Assembly: GCA_029251085.1 (NCBI GenBank)
Contig: JAQXDZ010000039.1
Coordinates: forward strand, 564 to 64,563
DNA: 64,000 nucleotides
Direction of reading: 5' to 3'
From: Mariniblastus sp.
GTDB lineage: Bacteria > Planctomycetota > Planctomycetia > Pirellulales > Pirellulaceae
Below, piece by piece: positions 1 through 9,885 of this stretch. Under the pieces are notes generated by a model. That model was not told where the DNA came from, ran no database searches, and saw only the letters and a program-made list of their open reading frames with translations. Made by a program: the position numbers and the translations under genes. How positions within the stretch are numbered: position 1 is the first letter of the stretch; every line of letters starts with the position of its first letter.

Positions 1-565
1 TCTCCTTCACACTCAGAACCTTGATGGCACCTGAGGTGCTTTTCACATCAAGCACTCTTAAATTGGGATTCCCAGATGAGCTAATCTTGATCGTTTTGAC
101 CGGAAAACTGCCGCCCTTCGTTACCTGGCCAAATTCAATCTGCGGTGGGGAAAAGCTAATCCCTCCTGAAACAATTGTGCCACGTACCGTCAATTGACAT
201 TCACCAACGAACGGCTTGTCAAACCTAACGGTCACGGTTGCCTGCTTGAATCCAGTGCCGACCGCGGGAGTGTTAAACTGACACAGTATCTCGCCTTCTT
301 CGTACATCTTTAGGACTTTTTTTGTAGGCGTCGCGATTGTGCAACCGCAACTCGAAGATACCGACCGGATCTTAATATCTTCTTTGTAGATGTTCTTAAT
401 TTTGAATCGAAATTCGGGCTTTTCACCTAAGTTCACTTCCTTAAAGTCGTGAACGTATTCGGTAAACATCTTGCGAGCCCACTCCTGGCCCTGCAATAGG
501 TTCCCTGCTCCCAAATACGCCACAGTGACAACCAAGAGGCGAACTAAAATTTGATGATTGGACAT
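1..565 (-). CDS. DUF1573 domain-containing protein, N-terminal part (gene continues beyond the window start)
   Basis: This ORF is absent from the track because it is open at the window edge. The complement from ATG (563-565) translates by hand to MSNHQILVRLLVVTVAYLGAGNLLQGQEWARKMFTEYVHDFKEVNLGEKPEFRFKIKNIYKEDIKIRSVSSSCGCTIATPTKKVL... It has a signal-like N-terminus and the FxFxN...IxIxxVxxSCGCT pattern I recognise from DUF1573 repeats. Confidence 0.7.
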   Translation of the reverse strand, partial: MSNHQILVRLLVVTVAYLGAGNLLQGQEWARKMFTEYVHDFKEVNLGEKPEFRFKIKNIYKEDIKIRSVSSSCGCTIATPTKKVLKMYEEGEILCQFNTPAVGTGFKQATVTVRFDKPFVGECQLTVRGTIVSGGISFSPPQIEFGQVTKGGSFPVKTIKISSSGNPNLRVLDVKSTSGAIKVLSVKE

Positions 566-940
566 GATCGGTTTAACTCAACGCAGTCGAAAAGAATAAC
601 AACGAGGATTTTACCGCGATTAGCCTGTGATTCATAGGTTGCACTCTTTCAGGGCAGCAAATCGATCCTGGGCTAATAAGAAATTACTTCCCAGACCACC
701 TATTTTCAAATCGAATAGCAAGACACGACGTCGTCGCTGCATTAGTTCCACTCGATCGTAAATGCCAGAAATCATGAAGCGTACGGAGGAGCTGACCTTT
801 CAAAAGCTGAGTTGGTGCGAGATTTCATTTCGCAAAAAACAGGCCCACCATTCCAATTTGCCTTAACTAGATAGTTTATAGTAGTCATCCAAATCAATTT
901 CCGATTGGTTCCAGTTTCACCTACCCGTGAGTTTGAATTG

Positions 941-2380
941 ATGAAAAAGCACCGATTATTTGGACCCGCAATTTTAGTCACGGCCGCTTTTATTGGACCT
1001 GGGACAGTCGTAACTGCAAGTCGAGCGGGGAGTGATTTCGGGTTTTTATTGCTTTGGGCGATAGGTTTTTCCGTGTTAGCAACCATCGTACTTCAAGAAA
1101 TGGCGGCTCGCGTCGGGGTCGTCACAGGGCAGGGGCTAAGTCACGTCATAAAAAACGCCATCAAAAACCCAATTTTTCGATTCGGAATTTTGGGGTTAAT
1201 TTTAATCGCGATTTTGATTGGAAATTCTGCGTACCAGACAGGAAACATTCTTGGTGCTGCTGCGGGATTGGAAGCCATTCTCCCAGCTGGAAATTCCGAC
1301 TTGAGTTCGGACGCATTTGTGGGCTCGAATGCGACACAGACCGAGTCTTCAGGACCGTCTGCAGATTTTAAGATTATGATTGTCTGTTTGATCGCCGCCG
1401 TCACGTTGACAGTCATTTGGATTGGCAGGGTTGATTTATTGCAAAAGATTTTGACTGTGTGTGTCGGGCTAATGAGTTGTCTATTTCTCTATTCAGCGAT
1501 CGCCTCCGAACCGCAGTGGTCCAAAATCGCGGCCGGATTTGTTCCAAGAGTACCTATCGGCAGCGAATGGTTTGTGATCGGCATTATTGGAACCACGGTG
1601 GTGCCTTATAACCTATTCCTGCATGCCAGTGCTGCCGCCCAGCAATGGGGGGAGAATTCCGCAAACGATGATACGAAAACCGCAATAAAGTATTCACGGA
1701 TCGACACCATTCTTTCTGTCGCACTCGGTGGCATGGTCACTTGTGCAATTCTCATCACCGCCTCAATGGCATTTCACGACACCAGCACCCCTAGTGGAAG
1801 CGGCGGACTGGACATCGCTAAGCAGCTGGAACCAGCCCTTGGTGTCAATTCCAAGTTCATTTTTTCGCTTGGTCTATTCGCGGCAGGTCTCACTAGCGCT
1901 ATTACAGCGCCGGTCGCTGCCGCGTTCGCGGTTTCTGGCTGTTTCGGATGGAGCGGTCGCCTCTCGGATCGCAGATTGAAAATCACGGCTACGGTCGTGG
2001 TGATGATCGGATTTGCATTCGCAATTTGGCTAGGAAAAAGTCCACAACAGACAATTATTTTGGCACAAGCTGCAAATGGCTTGTTGCTGCCTTTACTTGC
2101 AATTTTACTCTTAGCGATCTGCAATCAAAAATCAGTCATGAAGAGCTTCCGAAACGGGAAATTATCAAACGGACTGGGAATCCTAATTTTGTTAATTACT
2201 GCTGTGATTGCGGTCAATCAAATGAATTCGGTGGTCAATAAAATTCGTGACATCGTCGCTCCAACCCAAACATCAACAATCGGAGTTTCCCTCCAAGATT
2301 CCAAAACTAATACCAATACTCGACAGCCCGCAATTTCTGGATCAAGCATGTTAAGTCCAACCAGAAATTCTCGATTTTAA
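941..2380 (+). CDS. Nramp-fold (MntH/COG1914-like) membrane transporter with non-canonical binding-site residues
   Basis: Track ORF 905..2380 starts at TTG; the first ATG is at 941 (MKKHRLFGPAILV...). The protein has many hydrophobic segments. FIGPGTVVTASRAGSDFGFLLLW...LQEMAARVGVVTGQGL aligns by eye with E. coli MntH [22 protein letters not shown]...LSAKLGIATGKNL. There is a TM6-like segment GTTVVPYNLFLHAS. Confidence 0.8.
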   Translation: MKKHRLFGPAILVTAAFIGPGTVVTASRAGSDFGFLLLWAIGFSVLATIVLQEMAARVGVVTGQGLSHVIKNAIKNPIFRFGILGLILIAILIGNSAYQTGNILGAAAGLEAILPAGNSDLSSDAFVGSNATQTESSGPSADFKIMIVCLIAAVTLTVIWIGRVDLLQKILTVCVGLMSCLFLYSAIASEPQWSKIAAGFVPRVPIGSEWFVIGIIGTTVVPYNLFLHASAAAQQWGENSANDDTKTAIKYSRIDTILSVALGGMVTCAILITASMAFHDTSTPSGSGGLDIAKQLEPALGVNSKFIFSLGLFAAGLTSAITAPVAAAFAVSGCFGWSGRLSDRRLKITATVVVMIGFAFAIWLGKSPQQTIILAQAANGLLLPLLAILLLAICNQKSVMKSFRNGKLSNGLGILILLITAVIAVNQMNSVVNKIRDIVAPTQTSTIGVSLQDSKTNTNTRQPAISGSSMLSPTRNSRF

Positions 2381-2547
2381 GCCACGTTCCATTTGCAAAT
2401 CGTCGTAGTCTTCCCGATTCAGATATTTCCAACGATGTTGACTAACTTTGGTAAGCATCGGTCGGAAACATAGCATCTACAGTAAAATTCCCAGCGCAGT
2501 GTTCGCTAAAAAACTCATCCAACTAATTAAATTGAAACGAAACAACC

Positions 2548-3564
2548 ATGCCAAGTATTACGACAAACGGATTAGCAGCGATTGAGCCAGGCGGATCACT
2601 CAAGCCGATCAGCTACGAGCTTGGTGACCTCAACGCTAATGAAATAATTATTGACGTCGAGTATTGCGGCATCTGCCACAGTGACCTCAGCATGGTCGAT
2701 AACGATTGGGGGATATCGCAATACCCATTGGTTCCCGGGCACGAAGTCATTGGAAAAATTGCCTCCGTTGGCCCGGGGGTGCACCACTTAAACATTGGTG
2801 ACTCGGTAGGTCTTGGATGGCATTGCGGTTACTGCAACGAGTGTGCATGCTGCAAATCAGGAGATCAAAACCTATGTGCGACGGCACGACCGACGATCGT
2901 TGGCCACCACGGTGGATTTGCCGATAAAGTGAAAGCGGATGCGAATAGCGTCGTGGTCATTCCCGAGGGAGTCGACCTTGCCACTGCCGGACCGCTGATG
3001 TGTGCGGGTATTACTGTTTTCAATCCAATGATTCAATTTGGGGTAAGCTCAACTGACCGTGTGGCGGTTATTGGAATTGGTGGACTTGGACATCTCGCGG
3101 TTAAATTTTTGAGTGCTTGGGGATGCGAGGTTACTGCGTTTACCTCCAGCGAAGACAAAAAAAACGAGGCGGCATCCTTTGGTGCCGACCACACCCTCGA
3201 TTCACGGGATGCAGAGGCGATCGAACAAGCTGCTAACTCTTTTGACTATCTTATCTCGACGGTAAATGTAAAATTAGACTGGAACCAATACGTCAGTACG
3301 CTGAAGCCCAAAGGTACGATGGTGTTCGTTGGAGCAACGCTTGATCCACTGGATTTAGGAGTTATGCCCTTGATTCTCGGTCAACGTACCATCGCTGGTT
3401 CCACCGTAGGCAGTCCGGCGGTCATGGAGCAGATGCTTCAGTTTGCGAGCCGACACCAAATTAGTCCCCTCGTCGAACAATTTGCGATGTCTTCGGCAAA
3501 CTCAGCCATGAGCCATGTGAGAGAAGGGAAGCCGAAATATCGCGTCGTCCTCGCGAATAATTAA
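2548..3564 (+). CDS. Zn-dependent alcohol dehydrogenase (MDR superfamily, cinnamyl-alcohol/YahK-like)
   Basis: 338-aa ORF. It has the catalytic Zn motif GICHSDL...GHEVIGKI, the structural-Zn Cys cluster CGYCNECACCKSGDQNLC and a Rossmann motif VIGIGGLGH. Confidence 0.9.
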   Translation: MPSITTNGLAAIEPGGSLKPISYELGDLNANEIIIDVEYCGICHSDLSMVDNDWGISQYPLVPGHEVIGKIASVGPGVHHLNIGDSVGLGWHCGYCNECACCKSGDQNLCATARPTIVGHHGGFADKVKADANSVVVIPEGVDLATAGPLMCAGITVFNPMIQFGVSSTDRVAVIGIGGLGHLAVKFLSAWGCEVTAFTSSEDKKNEAASFGADHTLDSRDAEAIEQAANSFDYLISTVNVKLDWNQYVSTLKPKGTMVFVGATLDPLDLGVMPLILGQRTIAGSTVGSPAVMEQMLQFASRHQISPLVEQFAMSSANSAMSHVREGKPKYRVVLANN

Positions 3565-3789
3565 ATGCCTAGATTGGCGAACCGTAAAATTTCGCATTAA
3601 AAAAAGATTTCCCGCAATAAGTCCTTCAATTCTAGGATAACGGCCCCACGGACGAACCAAAACCCGCTTAGAAGTCATTGCTTAGAAAGCCGCGGTTTAC
3701 AAGCGTAAACGCTGTAGGAAGAATGCTGTCGCGACTGCAAACGGATGGGCGACTGGAGAACGCAAATTGGGTTCGCGTAAGAGAAAAAA

Positions 3790-3862
<73 letters not shown>

Positions 3863-4006
3863 GGAAGCCAATTAATGGCCTCGCGTGAAGGGATAAAGAT
3901 CACCAATTCGACCAAAAGTGTCAAGGGGCATTTCAATGAAAAATCAACAATGCCATTTATCCCTTATGAATGTGGTATTTATCGGACACAAGTCGATCTC
4001 AGGCCA

Positions 4007-4050
4007 TAAAAAAATGCACGAGACCAAATTTAAAATTTAGAACTCGTGCA
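4007..4050 (-). terminator. Orphan intrinsic-terminator-like hairpin followed by a T7 run on the minus strand
   Basis: TGCACGAG (4015-4022) pairs with CTCGTGCA (4043-4050). An inner AAATT/AATTT stem lies within the loop. On the minus strand the hairpin is followed by TTTTTTT (complement of 4008-4014). No ORF of 60 aa or more lies upstream of it on that strand. Confidence 0.45.
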
Positions 4051-4903
4051 CGCCGGTTTCACAATCTATTGACCGACACCGAATCGTGACACTTAACGGC
4101 CGGTAATGTTTAAAACGAATAATCACCGAATTATCTCAATTCGTCCACGCCTGGTTCCTATCCCGCCTCCAAACCGCCAATAACCTCGCAATTATCCGCC
4201 CAAACCATTGTTTCATTCCGAGATAAAATCCCTTGCGAATAAAAAACACGCTCATTTATTTCATCAAATCACAAACCGTTTTGGCTGTTACCGCCTAGTT
4301 TATTAAATCCACCGAGCAGAAAGCGACTTTGAAAATTGCTCGCTTTATTCTCTCAATTTTGAAATTCTCGATTCCAAACCAGAGAGGACTAGAGAGGGCA
4401 ACTGTAATTCGTCATTGAAAGTGCGATCCAATCAATTTTCCTTGCCGAACCAATTCGAAAAATAGATCTCACTAGTTACCGACTCGTTTTGGCAAAGAAT
4501 ATGGATTACTGATCGTGCCGCGTAAAGCTCTCGCCGAGTAAAGAAAATTGCCTAGCCACGGATGTCGATTTTAAAAGCAGACCTTTCCAACTCCAATCAG
4601 TTCTCGCGAGCTTTTGAAATTTGAAAACGAAATCAATCGTTAAGTAACAAAACTTTTATTCCAGCGGCCAAATAAGATCTTGTTAGACATGTAATCAGCT
4701 CGCCTAACGTCTTTAACGAGTTGTTTTGGCTGGCTTCCTTCCGTCCTCCCCCAAACAAGCGGGAAAAATTTATGCAACGAAAATGCTAGCTGCAAACTCA
4801 GCCCCAATATCGACGTTGATCAAAATTAGGACCTTTTCTAACATCAAATCGCGATGTTGCTAACGTTTTTGCGTTTAATTGCTCCAACACCAAGGACTGG
4901 TAA

Positions 4904-5656
4904 ATGAGTGCGTTTTCGAAGATTGAATCTGCCTATGAGAAGTTTGGGGCTGACGAACCGTTTTACGCAGTCTTAACGGAAGAGAAATATAAGCGGAAGC
5001 AACTTGACCAGGAGCTTTTTTTCGATACCGGGAAAGAACTGCTCGCTCGGCAGATACAGTTAATCCATGACCGCGGCATCCACGTTCCTCGTGGGAATGC
5101 TCTAGATTTCGGATGCGGCGTAGGGCGACTAACCAACGCGATGGCAGCCTATTTTGATGAAGTCATCGGGGTCGACATTTCGTCGACTATGATTGGGAAC
5201 GCCAACAAATTAAAACGTCGCTCGAACTGTTCATTCCAAGTGAACAAACGGCCTGATCTCTCGGTTTTCGATGAGGATCAATTTGATTTCATTTACAGTG
5301 ACATCACCATTCAACACATTCCTTCTCCGGAATCAGAAAGTTATATCCGAGATTTTTTCCGTGTCCTTGCTCCCGGTGGCCTCGCGATATTCCTCGTGCC
5401 TGACGGCCCGGTTCTTCGTCCGAATTCCTTACCCGCACGGTTTGACAAGTTCTACCGTGAACAAGTCCGCCCGTTTCATAAGCGCATTCGAGGCAAGTAC
5501 GAGGTTCAGGTTCATCGGATCTCACAACCTCGCGTTGAAACTATTATCGAGGAGTCTGGCGGAAACCTAATTTCGGTTGAGTCTCATCCAAGGTGGGCCG
5601 AACGCTCCAAGCGTTACAAACCACTCTACTATTGGGCATCTAAGCCAGCGATCTAG
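4904..5656 (+). CDS. Class I SAM-dependent methyltransferase
   Basis: 250-aa ORF starting at ATG. It has SAM-binding motif I ALDFGCGVGRLT and a post-I acidic residue in VIGVDIS. Confidence 0.85.
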   Translation: MSAFSKIESAYEKFGADEPFYAVLTEEKYKRKQLDQELFFDTGKELLARQIQLIHDRGIHVPRGNALDFGCGVGRLTNAMAAYFDEVIGVDISSTMIGNANKLKRRSNCSFQVNKRPDLSVFDEDQFDFIYSDITIQHIPSPESESYIRDFFRVLAPGGLAIFLVPDGPVLRPNSLPARFDKFYREQVRPFHKRIRGKYEVQVHRISQPRVETIIEESGGNLISVESHPRWAERSKRYKPLYYWASKPAI

Positions 5657-5939
5657 TCATTTTGGCTAACTTAAAATCCAGCCCAGCGATTGGCAGCTTT
5701 GGCAATTCAGTCGGTGCACGCCCGCCACATTCTTTTCAAATTGACTTGGCCGCAGCATTTTTTGGCGGTTGATTGATTACAAGGTAGCCTTCAAGCTTTA
5801 TTGGCCAATTATTTGTAATTAGCGGTGAACCTTCTAGAATCAGTTTTCTCCCCTTTTAACTTCAGGGGAGAATCCAAAAGAGTAGTGCGCCGATGAGCGC
5901 ATTCCAATCGTTGTTCCTGTTGATTGAGATCTGTTCGCC

Positions 5940-7427
5940 ATGTCGCAGCTAAATCCCTGGCCACAAGCAAATGCTTTAACCGCCGTCAAAATTGTTTTAA
6001 TATCTGTTTTAGTCGCGTTGCATGCTGGAAACAGTTTTGCCGACAACGTCGAGACAACACCCGAGATTAAAAACGTCGTTCTGATTGTTTCAGACGACTT
6101 AAAAGCAAGCGTGCTGGGTTGCTACGGCGACCTTGTTTGCCAGACTCCACACATCGACTCGCTTGCACGATCCGGGATGGTCTTTCAAAGGGCGTATTGC
6201 CAAGGCACCTGGTGTGCTCCCTCCCGCCAGTCATTTATGCACAGCCGATACCAAAACGGAAGCGGAGTCAATTTAGGAGCGAACTTCCAAAACCAAGGCT
6301 TCTATTCCGCGCGAGTTGGCAAAATTTATCACATGCGTGTCCCTGGTGATATTATTGCCGGCACCAACGGTTTGGACATTCGGTCAACCTGGACCGATCG
6401 GTACAACTCTGCGGGGCAGGAGGCGCATTCGCCAGGCGATTATGCCTGCCTTAATCTAGACATCTTCACCGATGAATTGGCTAACCGGCAATCCACCAAA
6501 ATGCAACATCGCGCCTTCGTTACCGTAGTACTCGATGGTGACGGTGCCGACCAACCGGACGCAAAATCTGCGGCAAAGGCAATTGAGATAATTAACAATA
6601 AAACTTCTAGCGACACACCATTTTTCCTTGCCATCGGCTTAGTTCGCCCACACTATCCCATGGTTGCTCCCAAGAAATATTTCGACCTTTATCCATGGCA
6701 AACGATTAAACCTCCTCTTCAAGTTCCCAATGATCTCGCTGACATTCCCTCAATGGGTCAGGCCAAATCAACCTCTCGCAAATCCGGGATCGCCGATTTC
6801 CCTGACAATCAAAAAAGAATGTGGGCAGGCTACTACGCCTCCGTTTCTTTCATGGATGAGCAAGTCGGGAAAATCATTTCGGAGATTGACCGATTGGGAA
6901 TCCGTGACACCACTGCCATCGTGTTTACCAGTGACCACGGTTACCATCTCGGCGAACATGATTTCTGGTTGAAATCGAATCTCCATGAGGAAGTCACACG
7001 GGTTCCACTTATTATCGACGCACCCGGCTACCGACCGGGGGTCACTTCCTCTCCTGTTGAATTGGTTGACCTTTACCCTACCCTTTCATCAATCGCCGCA
7101 ATCGAAACTCCAGCCGAGGCAGAAGGCTCTGATCTCACACCCATCCTCGAAGACCCCAGCCACCGTGTGCGGGAAACTGCGCTTTCAATCAATAACGGGT
7201 ATGCGCTTCGAGGCGACGCCTGGACATACATTCGCTATACCGATGGGTCTGAAGAGTTCTATGATATGAATTCTGATCCCAATCAATTTCGAAATATTGT
7301 AAACGCCCCAAACGCGAAAGAAGGGGTTTCCGAAGCAAGAGCTGCCTTGGACACGCGAATCCAACAGGCCGGCCTGTCACTCAAACAGAAAAAAAAGAAA
7401 AAATCGACAGATAAAACATCGCGGTAA
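5940..7427 (+). CDS. Formylglycine-dependent sulfatase (secreted)
   Basis: 495-aa ORF with a signal-like N-terminus. It has the metal-site motif VLIVSDDL and the sulfatase signature C-A-P-S-R in CQGTWCAPSRQSFMHSRY. TSDHGYHLGEH is also present. Confidence 0.9.
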   Translation: MSQLNPWPQANALTAVKIVLISVLVALHAGNSFADNVETTPEIKNVVLIVSDDLKASVLGCYGDLVCQTPHIDSLARSGMVFQRAYCQGTWCAPSRQSFMHSRYQNGSGVNLGANFQNQGFYSARVGKIYHMRVPGDIIAGTNGLDIRSTWTDRYNSAGQEAHSPGDYACLNLDIFTDELANRQSTKMQHRAFVTVVLDGDGADQPDAKSAAKAIEIINNKTSSDTPFFLAIGLVRPHYPMVAPKKYFDLYPWQTIKPPLQVPNDLADIPSMGQAKSTSRKSGIADFPDNQKRMWAGYYASVSFMDEQVGKIISEIDRLGIRDTTAIVFTSDHGYHLGEHDFWLKSNLHEEVTRVPLIIDAPGYRPGVTSSPVELVDLYPTLSSIAAIETPAEAEGSDLTPILEDPSHRVRETALSINNGYALRGDAWTYIRYTDGSEEFYDMNSDPNQFRNIVNAPNAKEGVSEARAALDTRIQQAGLSLKQKKKKKSTDKTSR

Positions 7428-7566
7428 TTTTGCACCCGAAGAAAATCTCAATCCTCGCTGTCCGTCCAGGCTGTGACCCGGAATTCCGAAGCTAATGTGG
7501 CTATCCCGACTAACAAAGCCGCAGCACCCAGCTTTGACATACTTGAAACGCACGTCCTAGCTTCCG

Positions 7567-7866
7567 CTAGGCGTCAGAGTACAGCTCGTAGTCAATCTCC
7601 TGAAACTCGGCGACTTCCGGAATCCAATGCTCCTGAACAAATTGAGTATGGGAAGGATGCTGATTGTAAAACTCGTACGCTTCTGCAGATTCGAATTCCA
7701 TCGAAAAACCAAATCGATGTTTGCACTTTGCGCTCGTTTGTCTCAATCGCTCGAATTTTTGAACACTCTCAATTGTGTTGAGCACCAGTGCAGCGTTCAA
7801 AAATTCAGTTTCTTCGTCCGAGCCACATGCATGCTTTAAAGTAAACATTACCGTATGTCTAATCAC
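7567..7866 (-). CDS. Dabb (stress-responsive A/B barrel) family protein
   Basis: Track ORF 7567..7887 starts at TTG. The in-frame GTG at 7866 gives the classic Dabb start (M)IRHTVMFTLKH. The C-terminal part reads FGFSMEFESAEAYEFYNQHPSHTQFV. The start codon is uncertain (7887, 7866 or 7848). Confidence 0.75.
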   Translation of the reverse strand: MIRHTVMFTLKHACGSDEETEFLNAALVLNTIESVQKFERLRQTSAKCKHRFGFSMEFESAEAYEFYNQHPSHTQFVQEHWIPEVAEFQEIDYELYSDA

Positions 7867-7938
7867 TGTGCGGTCTCGCTTTCTCAATCAACAGACGTCG
7901 AATAAAACAGAAACACAATATCGCCAAACGCAACCCGT

Positions 7939-8841
7939 CTAAAACTCGCAACACAACTCATCGATAGGCTTCAAATTGCCACTGACGATTCCCAACCGGC
8001 CAAGATACTGTTTTACCGACTCAAATGAACTTCTATTTAAATCAAAACCAGTGTTCCAACGGGTTATCTTGAACCAATCCCTGACAGCATCTATTTCGAT
8101 ATTGTAACGCTCCGCAATTATTTCACAGGCGTCTGCTGATTGCATCAATTCAAGGCAAGCCGAATTTAAAATCTCCAACATTAAACGCAGTTCTGCTGAC
8201 CTCTGCTGAACCATTTCCTCAGTCGCACAAATTACGAACGCAGGCCAATTGGCAGCTCGATCGGCAAGCCGCCTAAATTCACCGGATTGCACTAAAGGTG
8301 ACGTTGTAAACCGCTCCCACAAGAAAACGTCAGCTTCGTTCTTACCCAACGCCGACCGCGCGCCTTTTAAACTGCCAACCTCAACGAATTCCATCGATTC
8401 AGTTGGCCAATCCCGTTCTGCTGCATCCACAATTGACATCAAATGCGAACCTGAGCCTGGGCGACTAATGGCATAACGCAAATTTTGTATTTGCTGAGGC
8501 AGGGTAATGTTACTTTTGGCGGAAACATGAATGCCCCACAACAGCGGAGAGTCAACATACGTCTTCACGATCCGACCGGGAACGCCATTCAAGAGTGCGG
8601 CCACGCAACCTTCCGATAGAACGACCGCTACATCGCAGTCACGCTTGCCAAGACGTTCTGTCATCTCCCCCGTACCACCGTGAACTTCGTCAAAAAACAC
8701 GTCTAGCCCGCAGTTTTCGAATTGCCCTGACTCAATTGCTAGGTGCCACGGCAAATTAAAATGCTCCGGCACCCCGGCAACGACGATCGAGCCGCGGTTC
8801 TTTCGGTTTGGAGAGTTATCAATTGACATGCCACGCGCCAC
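7939..8841 (-). CDS. Cytoplasmic periplasmic-binding-protein type 2 fold protein (NMT1/THI5/Ca3427-like), function unknown
   Basis: 300-aa ORF with no signal peptide. IVVAGVPEHFNLPWHLA...DVAVVLSEG...YAISRPGSGSHLM resembles NMT1/Ca3427-type PBP2 proteins. It begins 7 nt (GTG 8841) or 19 nt (ATG 8829) after the tyrA stop codon. Confidence 0.65.
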   Translation of the reverse strand: MARGMSIDNSPNRKNRGSIVVAGVPEHFNLPWHLAIESGQFENCGLDVFFDEVHGGTGEMTERLGKRDCDVAVVLSEGCVAALLNGVPGRIVKTYVDSPLLWGIHVSAKSNITLPQQIQNLRYAISRPGSGSHLMSIVDAAERDWPTESMEFVEVGSLKGARSALGKNEADVFLWERFTTSPLVQSGEFRRLADRAANWPAFVICATEEMVQQRSAELRLMLEILNSACLELMQSADACEIIAERYNIEIDAVRDWFKITRWNTGFDLNRSSFESVKQYLGRLGIVSGNLKPIDELCCEF

Positions 8842-8848
8842 TCAAATT

Positions 8849-9727
8849 TCACTCGGTTTCAACGCGATGCTTCATTACATTTGCATCGCGAATTGTTTTA
8901 GCGTTAACAAACGTTTCCATCAAATCGCCCGCGTCGCCTTGCATAATCGCCGATTCGAGTTCCTTCAAATTGGATTGAAACTTATGCAAGACGTCTAAGA
9001 TCGCGTCCTTATTCTCTAAACAAATATCCCGCCACATGACTGGATCGCTTGAGGCGATTCTAGAGAAATCGCGAAATCCACCAGCCGCAAACTGAAATAT
9101 CTGTTCCACATAGTCAGTTTCGGCGATCGTATCGACGAGACTGTAGGCTAAAACATGCGGCAGATGACTGGTCGCCGCTAAAACAAGGTCATGCTGTTCA
9201 ATTCCTAGTGTTTTCACTTGCGCACCGGTCGCTTCCCACATCCGAGTTACCGTTGCGATCGCCGCTTGATCGGTTTTACTATCCGGCGTGAGAATAACTT
9301 TGTGAGCAACAAATAGATCCTCAAGAGATGCTTCAACGCCACTTTTCTCGCGGCCAGCAATAGGATGTGCCGGAACAAATCGCGGCGGCATCCCGTCGAA
9401 TACACGTTTCGCAGCCGCGACGACACTTGCCTTGCAACTTCCCACATCGGTAAGGACGACGCCCTCGGCAAGGTGCTCAGAAATTGACTCCAGCACCGAC
9501 TCCATTGCGAGCATCGGTACGGCGAGCACAACCACATCCGCGTCCGCAACAGCCTCAGCCGGACTGGTTGAAAATTGATCGATGACGTTCAACTCGACCG
9601 CACGACGAAGACGACCGACATCAGTATCGCAACCTACAATCAAATCGCAATAACCGGCCCGTTTCAACGCCAATGCAAGCGATCCACCAATCAGTCCAAC
9701 ACCGAATATCGCGAGCTTATTTATCAT
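8849..9727 (-). CDS. tyrA: Prephenate (or arogenate) dehydrogenase
   Basis: 292-aa ORF. It has the N-terminal Rossmann motif LAIFGVGLIGGSLALAL and the catalytic-region motifs FVPAHPIAGREKSG and ATSHLPHVLA typical of TyrA. Confidence 0.9.
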   Translation of the reverse strand: MINKLAIFGVGLIGGSLALALKRAGYCDLIVGCDTDVGRLRRAVELNVIDQFSTSPAEAVADADVVVLAVPMLAMESVLESISEHLAEGVVLTDVGSCKASVVAAAKRVFDGMPPRFVPAHPIAGREKSGVEASLEDLFVAHKVILTPDSKTDQAAIATVTRMWEATGAQVKTLGIEQHDLVLAATSHLPHVLAYSLVDTIAETDYVEQIFQFAAGGFRDFSRIASSDPVMWRDICLENKDAILDVLHKFQSNLKELESAIMQGDAGDLMETFVNAKTIRDANVMKHRVETE

Positions 9728-9885
9728 CCTGAGCCTTCTACGAGTTTTTAATTGCTGTCTCGAATCTTTAAAATTGCGGTTGATGGTTCCGCAACTAAAA
9801 GTCCACTAAAAACACGAGTCTGCTTTTGGATTTTTCGCAATCACAGATCGAATGTTTCTCTGATTGCCTCTGTAGCGCGAGCGGC

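Noticed and set aside
566-940. Possible yybP-ykoY (Mn2+) riboswitch upstream of the Nramp-like gene.
   Set aside because: The leader contains GGAGGAGCTGACC but not the conserved GGGGAGUAG...UUGACA-type cores in a four-helix arrangement. A covariance-model scan would be needed to rule it out fully.
7389-7403. A8-G-A6 homopolymer run encoding the KKKKK tail of the first sulfatase, as a possible slippage or phase-variation site.
   Set aside because: It lies 8 codons before the stop, so a frameshift would only alter a short low-complexity tail. There is no evidence of regulation.
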